A stretch of DNA of 35,035 bases from Octopus sinensis (lineage: Eukaryota): positions 1 through 35,035 of the forward strand of contig NW_021829617.1 in NCBI RefSeq assembly GCF_006345805.1, in the 5' to 3' direction. Position numbers and translations under genes: made by a program. The notes below the pieces were generated by a model, which was not told the DNA's origin, searched no databases, and saw nothing but the letters and a program-made list of their open reading frames with translations. Positions 8,256-17,160 of the stretch are shown piece by piece; within the stretch, counting starts at the first letter, position 1; every line of letters starts with the position of its first letter.

Positions 8256-10004
8256 ATGAAAAATTTTCAGGATGAGATGCGAGAATCAATAGGCGACGTG
8301 GAATACCAACAGATAATAAAAGTGCAATGTCTAAAAGAGGGTGAAGAAAATAAACCGAGAACTATACCTCTCGGTGAATTTTTGAAGCCGAACTCTGAGG
8401 ATTGGGAGAATCCTGAGTATCAGAAGATATACATGGGAACCGGGCCCATACTGCTTAACATGAATGTGAAGATGGAGGTGGGAACATTTGCACGTGAGTA
8501 TCGACCATTCTTGGTTGAACTAAAATATAAGTACACCAAGAATGAGCGTGCGATTATAAACACACTCAATCGAATGGTAGACTTCAATCAGGATCTAGTC
8601 ACATCAAGCCTTGCGATCTTTTTGATGAACTATACCTTCGATATGAAGGCAAAATTCGGGGATGTAGAGATAACAGAAGAGTACCAAGATATAAAGGGTT
8701 ACTCTCTTGTCGGAAAAGGTTTCAAAATAAAAACTGCGCAAATGGCGATGAATTATGGAGAGTCAGGAGTAGATGGAGGAAGGGCTACTGTAGAAGAATG
8801 GCGGGCCGCATTGATGAAGGCACTGGCTCCAGTCAGATTTGCCCATGCAGCCGAGAGGAACCCCGACGCGGTCGATCCATTAACAGATCGATACCATTCT
8901 GTAATGAGGAGCTTAGACCCTACATATCAACCCGAAAGGTCGCTTGTCTTAAAGATGTACCAAAAGTACATCCCAGACCGTGATCTTGATAAGCTTTGTT
9001 GTCTTCTAGACAAAATGCTGTACACATGCCAAGATGATCCTATGTCCGGACTTAGGTTCTGTACTATACCATTTTATAACGCCGGGAATGCCGTCCTGTC
9101 TCGGGTCGTGTCATTGTGTGCTGCGTTCCCAAGTGAGCTTGAAAGAGCGATAATGGTGGAGTCATTGTTTGCATCTGCTCATGCCGGTGAAGTCGGTCGC
9201 TTCATCGGACATTGCTTTGAAGTTTTGAATCCAGACCATCTATGCATTTACCAAAAAGGTCTCGGCCTAGTCAAAGCTTCTGCATTTAGTTCAATGTCGT
9301 TGCCCGGATACTTTATGTATACGAGCGCAATAGCAGCTCTAATAAAGCATCCAAAATTTATGTTCTCACGCTCAATAACTCCAAACCCTCAGGCGATGGT
9401 AAATGGATTCCTTTTTGCCATCATGCATGAGACATATAGGACTGCTGGCGAAACTCCTGCATTAACAGCACAAGAGTACGCAGTAGAGAAAGCTATAAGT
9501 TTAGATCTTGCAAGAAATGTTCCCGCCGATGATCCTCAGAACACCTTGTCAGAAGCGCAGTATAAAATATATTGTGAGATTGTAAAGACTGAGGAATATA
9601 AACAAGTTGTAAAAGATATGGAGAAAATCGTCAATCCATATACATCTTTAGGAGTTAAATTAAAGAAACGTATGATGTACCATCCTTATTTAACACCGCA
9701 AGAGTACGACCATATTAAATCGCGTGTGGGCAATCAAAGGAAGAGAGAAGGTTCTCTACTCGAAGTTTTTACAAACTATGAACCGATATCGCATCCAGAT
9801 ATAACATTTATAGGGGGAGTTCCTAGGTACTCACTGGCTGAAGAAGAGGAGAAAAAGCGTTTAAGAGAGGATTTATACCGAAATGAAAATAATCAAAGGA
9901 GGGACACGCGTGAAAGGGACAATTTGAGGAGTATAAGGTTTGGTTCAGATGATGAGTCTTTTTATGATGATGAAGATAAATCTGATACTTCAAAGAAACA
10001 ATAA
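8256..10004 (+). CDS. Endogenous rhabdovirus-like nucleoprotein N (582 aa, intact)
   Basis: Two blocks align without gaps to VSV N as recalled from memory. LLDKMLYTCQDDPMSGLRFCTIPFYNAGNAVLSRVVSLC matches AVDMFFHMFKKHECASFRYGTIVSRFKDCAALATFGHLC. YQKGLGLVKASAFSSMSLPGYFMYTSAIAALIKHPKFMFSR matches YLIDFGLSSKSPYSSVKNPAFHFWGQLTALLLRSTRARNAR, the G(L/I)SxKSPYSS signature region. Intronless, unlike the host genes. Confidence 0.85.
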   Translation: MKNFQDEMRESIGDVEYQQIIKVQCLKEGEENKPRTIPLGEFLKPNSEDWENPEYQKIYMGTGPILLNMNVKMEVGTFAREYRPFLVELKYKYTKNERAIINTLNRMVDFNQDLVTSSLAIFLMNYTFDMKAKFGDVEITEEYQDIKGYSLVGKGFKIKTAQMAMNYGESGVDGGRATVEEWRAALMKALAPVRFAHAAERNPDAVDPLTDRYHSVMRSLDPTYQPERSLVLKMYQKYIPDRDLDKLCCLLDKMLYTCQDDPMSGLRFCTIPFYNAGNAVLSRVVSLCAAFPSELERAIMVESLFASAHAGEVGRFIGHCFEVLNPDHLCIYQKGLGLVKASAFSSMSLPGYFMYTSAIAALIKHPKFMFSRSITPNPQAMVNGFLFAIMHETYRTAGETPALTAQEYAVEKAISLDLARNVPADDPQNTLSEAQYKIYCEIVKTEEYKQVVKDMEKIVNPYTSLGVKLKKRMMYHPYLTPQEYDHIKSRVGNQRKREGSLLEVFTNYEPISHPDITFIGGVPRYSLAEEEEKKRLREDLYRNENNQRRDTRERDNLRSIRFGSDDESFYDDEDKSDTSKKQ

Positions 10005-10130
10005 AATATTTAGTTTAAAGTCTTTCCTTACGGTTAATCTAAATAATATCACATTTCTTTTAAAAAGAAATTGAAATAAACCAAAGAATTCAGTAATATT
10101 CATTGATATTTGAATCATATCAATTATATA

Positions 10131-10931
10131 ATGAGCAAAAAATATAATACAGAAGAACAAGAAGTAGAAAATCAAACACTTGAGGACGCGAAGAATATAA
10201 GCGCATTAAATAAAGTTTTCGAGCAAAAGGTCCTGAAGTCCAAACTAAGCGCAGAAGAAAAACGCGGATTATGGAAAGAATTAACCAAAGGGAAGGATGA
10301 ACACATAATTGGTAAGGCAACATCATTATTATTCAAACAATATGGACAAGCTGTGCAGTTTCTCTTTGAAGAAGCTGATTACAGCGATATGACGGTCACA
10401 TTTGATGCAAAAGATGAGTCATATCAAGATGACATGTCACGATTATATAGACAGACCCACAGCATAGATGAAAAGGACGAGATCAACAAAGGTGATGCAG
10501 CAATAGGCTGCTTTGAAAGAGCAATGATTAGATATCGCGGACATCAAATTGGTAGTGATATAGAATTTTATAAAGACTGGTTTGAAAGAAATATTATATA
10601 TGAAAGGTATACATATCTATACCCAATTGAGGAAGTGACACTCGCTGATCTTGATTTCTACAAAATGCTAAAAGAAATAAGCCATAGATATCATGGTGTG
10701 ATTAACAACTATTTATGTAATCGAACCAGACAGGAACATAATGTCTGGCTCAGAAACAAATCTGTAAATCTTGGTCCGCAAAAGAATGTTAGGTTAGAAG
10801 ATGTTATTAAAGAATCCAAGAAAAGAAAAGGTAACTTCACTGTTCATAAGAATGATCGTATAGATCGAGGATTTCCTTTCCTGAAATTAATTCAAAAAAA
10901 GAATCTGAATTATTTGATAAGAATGTTTTAG
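10131..10931 (+). CDS. Second viral gene, probably phosphoprotein P by position; viral part ends at 10876 and the last ~18 codons read into host flank
   Basis: Intronless ORF 126 nt after N on the same strand, with a charged and acidic N-terminus. The P call rests on N-P gene order only; no motif was recognised. Confidence 0.55.
   Translation: MSKKYNTEEQEVENQTLEDAKNISALNKVFEQKVLKSKLSAEEKRGLWKELTKGKDEHIIGKATSLLFKQYGQAVQFLFEEADYSDMTVTFDAKDESYQDDMSRLYRQTHSIDEKDEINKGDAAIGCFERAMIRYRGHQIGSDIEFYKDWFERNIIYERYTYLYPIEEVTLADLDFYKMLKEISHRYHGVINNYLCNRTRQEHNVWLRNKSVNLGPQKNVRLEDVIKESKKRKGNFTVHKNDRIDRGFPFLKLIQKKNLNYLIRMF
10877..10888 (+). repeat. Target-site duplication, right copy (TTTCCTGAAATT)
   Basis: Identical to 5040-5051 and marks the switch from viral ORF2 to the pogo reading frame. 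Confidence 0.85.
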
Positions 10932-11157
10932 CTTTAATGGATCTTGAAATAAACGGAATTGAGGATAATGATACTTTGTATAATGGAAATAATGAAATTG
11001 AAGGGTCCGACTTAAAAGATTCAATGAGAATAATTAATGATCTTGAAACTTCCTTATTCAACACTTGCCCTGAAGGACTCAAAGAATACTATGAATTCAA
11101 GATAAAAATGTCGAAGATTCTAAGAAATAATTCAAAATAACTGATTATTTTTCATAG
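10877..11157 (+). pseudogene. pogo/Tigger transposase C-terminus, right half of the interrupted target (includes track ORF 10937-11140)
   Basis: FPEINSKKESELFDKNVLALMDLE..., an acidic linker, a helical segment DLKDSMRIINDLETSLF, and after a 1-nt shift KITDYFS*, the typical pogo/Tigger terminal motif. Same frame as NNCW...CFPEI in the left flank. Confidence 0.78.
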
Positions 11158-11200
11158 AATAAATTAATTCCTCTTTTTAATACGAAAAACTTTATAGGTA

Positions 11201-11575
11201 AGAACAGACACCAATAAAAAAACTCTTTTAATATACATATAAACAAAAAAACTACAAATATAAAAATAAACAATAAAATATTAAAAATATACAAAATAGT
11301 GTGGAAAGAAATACATATGAATGGAGATTAATTAATTGATGAAATGAATACAAATTCACATGCAAAATAAACTTTATGCAGAATATTTTACAAGTAGTCA
11401 AGTTAATCAATCTTCAAACAAATAAAAAATGGAAATATTATAAAAATAAAACATTTATAGCACGAAATAATGAAATAAGAATTAAACAACAAAAGAAAGT
11501 AATATAACACGTGTAATAATTTATTGTATTTAATAAAATAAATTAAAAACATTTAAAAAATAAAATAACTTTTAA
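11201..11575 (+). repeat. AT-rich dispersed repeat homologous to 545-895 and 34014-34930, lacking the integrase-bearing segment
   Basis: agaacagacaccaataaaaaaactcttttaatat runs directly into tataaacaaaaaaactacaaat...aacttttaa, collinear with the other two copies. Confidence 0.9.
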
Positions 11576-11937
11576 CGTAAATCTATTTGAATTCAACTAA
11601 GAACGTTTTTTCAGACCGTTCACATAATAACATATTACATATCCCTTCTAAAGGCGTCATGTGATCCACCCGTTGGGAGGCGCCGTTAACAAAAGGATCA
11701 TTTGCTACCCACACACCCATTGGACGTCCCTTTGGGTCATCCTTCTGGATGCCTACAAGACAGTTAATTAGTTTGGTTTACTTGTGTCTGTTTGGTGTTC
11801 AAAATAAATAAAAATAAATAAAAGATTGATGGCATACCAAATTATTGCCTTTACTTTCTTTCGATTAAATTTTATTAAAATAAAACATGTAATTAAATTT
11901 TAATATTATTTTTAAATTTTGAATAGTATATATCATC

Positions 11938-13342
11938 ATGGACAGGCGCTATGTGGAGAGATTGTGGACTGGTGTCGATTGGCGTCGAATATTTAACTAC
12001 AAGCTAAAAACAATGCCCATAACCACAGTCCTCCCCGACTCAATCAAACCAAGTATGACCACACCTAATTATAGCTGACTACATCGACGTTGAAGAAATT
12101 AATAAAAAGCCTAAACCCTCTGCAAAATGGACACATTCTTATGATAGAAACACACGCCATTACTTAGCCTCGAGCTTAGAAGAGGCAAGAAATCGTCCTC
12201 TTTTCAAAAATGGCTATTTATTTGACCATTCTGTTGTTTTAAGGGAAGGTATCAGTAACATGAAGAATATTGGCAGGAGAACCAATAGCTCAGAATCTGA
12301 CGAACACATTACTGTGCCACACATCACTAAAAACAGAATCAACATCCTATTTAATTGTGGGTAACCATCATAAATAATTTAATAGAAGAAACAACAATTA
12401 AAATATTTAATATTAAAATCAAATATATATGACACAAAAAATGAACAACTCCCAAAAAGACACAATCCAACCTATCAAATCTGGAAATTCAAATCAGAAA
12501 CTGGAATTCCCGCCTCTCGATCATTGTAATTATTTCCCGCCATTATCCAAGTCAAATCCTGTTGGAAAATCTTCTGGGCCTTTGCCAAAGCTGTTCTCAG
12601 GCCTCGGAAAAGGGAGGGAGGGTCAATCTGATACATAACTATAATTTGTCCCTTAATCTATCTCACAATCCTCTTGTGAGAGTAAACGGGACTTTTCCAT
12701 TTGTTTTAATGTCTAAAAGTCCACTTAATATAAATATGGAGAATTTAATTGGTTTATTTATTATTTTTTAATTAAATATTATTTAAATAAAATATAAATA
12801 GGGTCGGCTGATGTGGAGTCAAATATTCCTGATATATACCCACTAAACCCTACAATTGATCTCATTAAACAGTGTCCCTCAGGTATATGAGTGATTGGAC
12901 TATTAGTAGAATATGGACTAATCACCGACCACAACCCTTTGTTGTATCCACATACTATATTTGTGGACTGTTCTGAAGATAGACTTCAAAGCGGTCAAAG
13001 ATCGGCTAATGCTTTGATGTATTGCCACGCGATTTGTCTGAGTATTGCCAGGAGGAGATATGGAGTAGTCTTAGAGGGACTGATGAGTAGGAGGGAGTCA
13101 CTGGCCGTCTGACTGAGCCTGTGACTGTTCAGTGTATAAGCAGTGACGGGATTCGATTTCACTTTATGGTGTATCAGATGAGGGCAGTGGGGTCAGGGGA
13201 GGTTAAGAACGTGGCTGTGGTGGACAGTCAGAACATGCTATTCCATAAAGTCCTCCCCAATAAGTCAATGTTGAGGAATACAAAGTACGAGAATTTGAAT
13301 ATTACTGTTTTCGACAAATTACTCTCATTTTATTTGGCCTAA
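11938..13342 (+). CDS. MRPL37: Mitochondrial ribosomal protein mL37, multi-exon
   Basis: Exon translations ILLENLLGLCQS, RVNGTFPFVLMSKSPL, DIYPLNPTIDL, LYPHTIF, and after a 26-nt intron GRLTEPVTVQCISSDGIRFHFMVYQ...VKNVAVVDSQNMLF...FDKLLSFYL. These are collinear with human MRPL37 as recalled ([62 protein letters not shown]). The start codon is less certain. Confidence 0.85.
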
Positions 13343-13536
13343 TATCATTTATTTTAAAATATTTTATTTATTCTATGTTGTGAAAATAGACAAAAACACT
13401 TTGTAAAATACCAGAACTGTAGACTCCACCTCATTCATTTAATATTGTTGGCGGGAAAATTTTGAAATTTATTTATATTTTTAATTATTTAATTTGTAAA
13501 TTATTATTAAATAAATAGTAGTTATTGTGGTCTTAA

Positions 13537-14038
13537 ATGGACACTCAACAGAATTGTGTCAATATGGGGTACAACGGTGACCTGTCTCTTAATGGAAGCG
13601 TCGTCTATGACGGAGATGGCAACTCCTGGCTGGTAGTCTGCACTCCTTCGACCCCCATTGCCCCCCAGCCTGGCTATGCCCCTTTCAAGTCACTCAACGA
13701 TGCTCTCAGACGACTACAGGAAGTCAAATATACTCTGGACAGACAACAGCCCCATTCCACCACCCCTGAACACTCCCCGACACCAAATCTGGGGGAAATA
13801 GCCCGGGACATCGAGGACCGATTGAGGTCTACATTGTGGAGAGTGTCGACTGTATAATGACTGGTTTATTGGTAAGAGAGAACAACACCCGGAAGATGAG
13901 GTTATGCTCAGTCGACAGTATTTGGAGGACGAGACTGCTTTCGTGATGGAGGAACGGTGGAGAATACTCAAAGAGAGCTCAGCTAAGGACGACTTGATTC
14001 CACTATCCTCTATGACTCACTGCTATAGAGATAAATAA
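13537..14038 (+). CDS. Small GLTSCR1-domain (BICRA/ncBAF-like) protein; one apparent frameshift near 13830-13850
   Basis: PGYAPFKSLNDALRRL resembles PDYKTAFPSFEDALHRLL, and HPEDEVMLSRQYLEDETAFVMEER resembles SPSAEMVMIDRMFIQEEKTTLALDK of the GLTSCR1 domain, both recalled. Confidence 0.6.
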
Positions 14039-15612
14039 TCTTAAATTGTTTTTTAATAAAAATTGTTGAGATTGGGATTCGATGTTGAGAACATCTTGTT
14101 TACGGGTATTAATCAGCAAGTTATGTGTTATAAAAACATGTAAAATGAAAAAAATTACATAATTTATTTGAAAAAAATTTATTTGAACTGCAAATTGTTA
14201 TAAAATTGCCAGTCAGATCTATGCATTATTGAAAGTTTAGGAGACGATGTTGATCCTGATTTATTTAGTCTTACAAGAAACTGAAAACTTTGTTTAGACT
14301 CACGTCGTCGAATTCCTCAATGGTTTATAGAATGTCGAGATTGTCTCCATGCGTTTAAACTCATTTAAGAAAAAATTTGAACAGTTTTTAGAAAGGTTAT
14401 TTTTAGTGAAAGTGGAAACCACTTTGGAACATTTAGTTGATTGTTTTTTAGCATGAAATTATGTGTGCTTTTTTAATTTACTCACTAAATTTTGCACTGT
14501 TTGATATTACATTTCCGGAATTTGTTTCCGAAATTTGTATTAATAAATTTCCTACTTTCACTCAATTTGAATTAATTAAATGGTGTTTAAGCATAGTGGA
14601 AAAATTTAGAACAAATAAAGCAGTGTTTTAATTAAAATTGATTAAATAAATAAAATTGAAAATAGTATAAAGGTTGAAAAATATTGTTTGTAAAAAAAAG
14701 AATAGAAAATTTAAATAAATATACAATGTACAGACGTCGAAGTTTCTTTTAAATTAAATATTAAGTCTTAATTTAGAAATTAATGTTTATAAATTATTTC
14801 CATGTTTAATATTTCTATGTTTTCGGAAGTATTTTTCGCTTGCGGAGAAGTACCAATTCCTACTTTTCACAGTTGCGACTTCCGGTTCCTTGTGTGGAAA
14901 GGCAATCAGCTTCGTTCAGGAGATCAAGTCTTGGATATCTACATTTACAGGCGACACCCGCGAATCGAGATGGTTTTTTGAGCGGATATCTCTTCGATAG
15001 TATGCTCTAATTCTTTCTCGATCGCGTCAGCTTCTCGCCTGGCGAACTAGAGATGTAGGTTTATTAAATTAATGTCGCATCTTGATTTTTTCCAAATTCA
15101 AAAATATTAAAAAATCATATTAAACTCAGAATTGTTTTTATTTTCAATATATGGGTGATTAATAGCTTATATTAAGCTGATAAAAATTATTTTATCGATA
15201 GTCGCATTTTTATAACGTTTTTGCAAAAAAGATTTTTCAAGTAAAATAATGACATACAGAATATTGAGTGATCTCATGTTTAGGCCCTAACTGTTTATTA
15301 GTAAGCACATTCACTGTGGATGGTCATATTTATTGACAACAATTAATGGAATATATCAAAAGTGAAGTCGGGATCAATTAATAGGTACAGTAAAATATAT
15401 TAAAACACGCAAAAATACATTTTTGCTTCACTTTACTTCTCTTTTACTTTGGAAAAAATTAACATTTTTGCCAAATTTTTAGAATTGTGCAGAGCCTTAA
15501 AATTTTAATTAATAGTCTTACTAAAAATTATTTTTTGATTCAATAATTTTTATTTTAGAATGGATTTTAATAAAATTAGTCATATAAGTATAAATAAAAT
15601 AAAAGTTTTAAA

Positions 15613-15968
15613 ATGTATGCCATCGTACTTGTGCTGACCTATTTTGTTATAAGTGATAAGATTCACATGGATAACTCAGAAAATCAATCTCCAGAAGAAT
15701 TGGAATGGCAGAAATTTATTCGTGATTTCAGTTATATATTGTAATCTACTATTAAAGACAGAACATACACTGGGGACGAATTAATTGAAAGAAAAAAAAT
15801 TTTCATGAAAAACTTGGAAATAATAAATGAACACAATTCTCAAAAAACAAAGACTTTCGAAATGGGAGTCAATCATATGGCTGATATGGTTTTCTCCACT
15901 TGGTAGATTTCTAGAATGAACAAGAACTTCAAAATTTTCACGGTTTTGGGGATCAAATGACACTTTAA
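15613..15968 (+). CDS. Secreted stand-alone cathepsin propeptide-like inhibitor (Inhibitor_I29), 100 aa, 3 exons
   Basis: Exons 15613-15730, 15758-15888 and 15915-15968 with GT-AG introns of 27 and 26 nt. They give MYAIVLVLTYFVIS (signal-like)...EWQKFIRDFNRTYTGDELIERKKIFMKNLEIINEHNSQKTKTFEMGVNHMADMNEQELQNFHGFGDQMTL*, with ERFNIN and GxNxxxD motifs. No protease domain follows. Confidence 0.85.
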
Positions 15969-16379
15969 CCTTTCAGTCTTTAAAGAACTAAATATCTTAA
16001 CTAATAATTTCTCTAATTCTAAAATATTTTTTGGGTTAATTATTTAACAAATTCGTTAATCATTATCCTATTACATCAAATTCGTCATTTCCAGTGAATT
16101 GTGATGATGACTTTAAATTTCAATTCTTAGTGTATTCAGTTTCAAGTTTATTACGGATACTCTTTTTTAAAATTCATTTCAGTTTCGTAGCTGTTTGTCT
16201 CCAAAAACTCGTCATTGCGTATTTCATCCGAATAAATCCTTAGTATGTAGCGCCAGATTATAAATGGATAGATATGTAACAATATAATTTAATTATTTTC
16301 TTTTTTTGGATAAATTTGTATTATTTTGATTAGTTTTAGATCCTGATTTGTGTGTTTGCTAAAGCAAAAATCAGAAATG

Positions 16380-17000
16380 ACAACACTAAAATATTGTGGT
16401 CTTCGACTCCTGACAACACTAAGATCCTTGGCGTGGTCTTCGACTCCTTAATGACGTTCTCAAGTCACGTGGAGGAGGCCCTAGCTAAAGGTCTTCGGAA
16501 GTGGAACGTCTTGAAAGCTCTGTTAAAGAAGAGTCCCTTCCCCCTGAAAGCTTGTGTCAGCAAGGTCTACCAACAAGTGATTGCCCCGACGGTTAAGTAT
16601 TCCTGCTCAGTCTGGAGGTTTGCAATTGCTTGTTCGAAAGCGGAACGTTTGAACTCACTCAGAAGGAAGATTATGCTCCACACTGACACCTCAGTTGGCA
16701 GCCTTGCTTCCGAGGAGGCGACGCAAAAGAATGGACAGGGTTTCCTATGTTTCTGCAAGGAACTGGGAAACCCATTCAAGGAAAAGATGGCTTATGCAGA
16801 GGAATTTCGGTCGGTTATAAAGAAATGCACTCCAATTGAGTTCCTCTGCAGAAGGAAAAGAAGGCGTTTCCGGGTTACGGTCGGGTCATCAGAAGATCAT
16901 GTAAAGAGAGTACGGCTGTTGTTGAAAACAGGGATCACCTAATTAGTTAGTTCTGACCTATCTTTCTCGGTGATCTTGGAGTTAATAAATAAATAATAAA
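16380..17000 (+). mobile_element. 5'-truncated LINE (APE-type clade) RT C-terminal fragment
   Basis: KILGVVFDSLMTFSSHV...VYQQVIAPTVKYSCSVW is the LG/thumb region of a non-LTR RT. AAT-rich tail near 16983-17000; short duplication at the 5' junction. Confidence 0.8.
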
Positions 17001-17160
17001 ATATTGTTTTAGCAATTTTATTTACTTCTAACAACAATATATATCTCGTCCATCAAGGCGCTCAATTCTATCATTCTGCGGGGAGTAAGAAGCTTTGCAA
17101 GTTCAAAGAAACCGAAATAGTCGAAAATGAGTAATAGTGAAAGTCGTGAATTAGTCTATA

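Noticed and set aside
8116-8289. N-terminal extension of the CRE ORF to 8289, overlapping N
   Set aside because: Depends on a non-ATG start inside the viral segment; no recognisable domain before MVNKERS.
10856-11140. ORF2 and ORF 10937-11140 as one viral P gene joined by editing or slippage at the A7 run (10894-10900), or the small ORF as a third viral gene
   Set aside because: The A7 run lies outside the TSD. The downstream frame is continuous with the pogo remnant on the far side of the insert and ends in the pogo motif KITDYF.
11600-11860. Possible small minus-strand gene with micro-introns, divergent from MRPL37
   Set aside because: Splice-like sites are present, but I could not build a model with a credible start or recognisable product.
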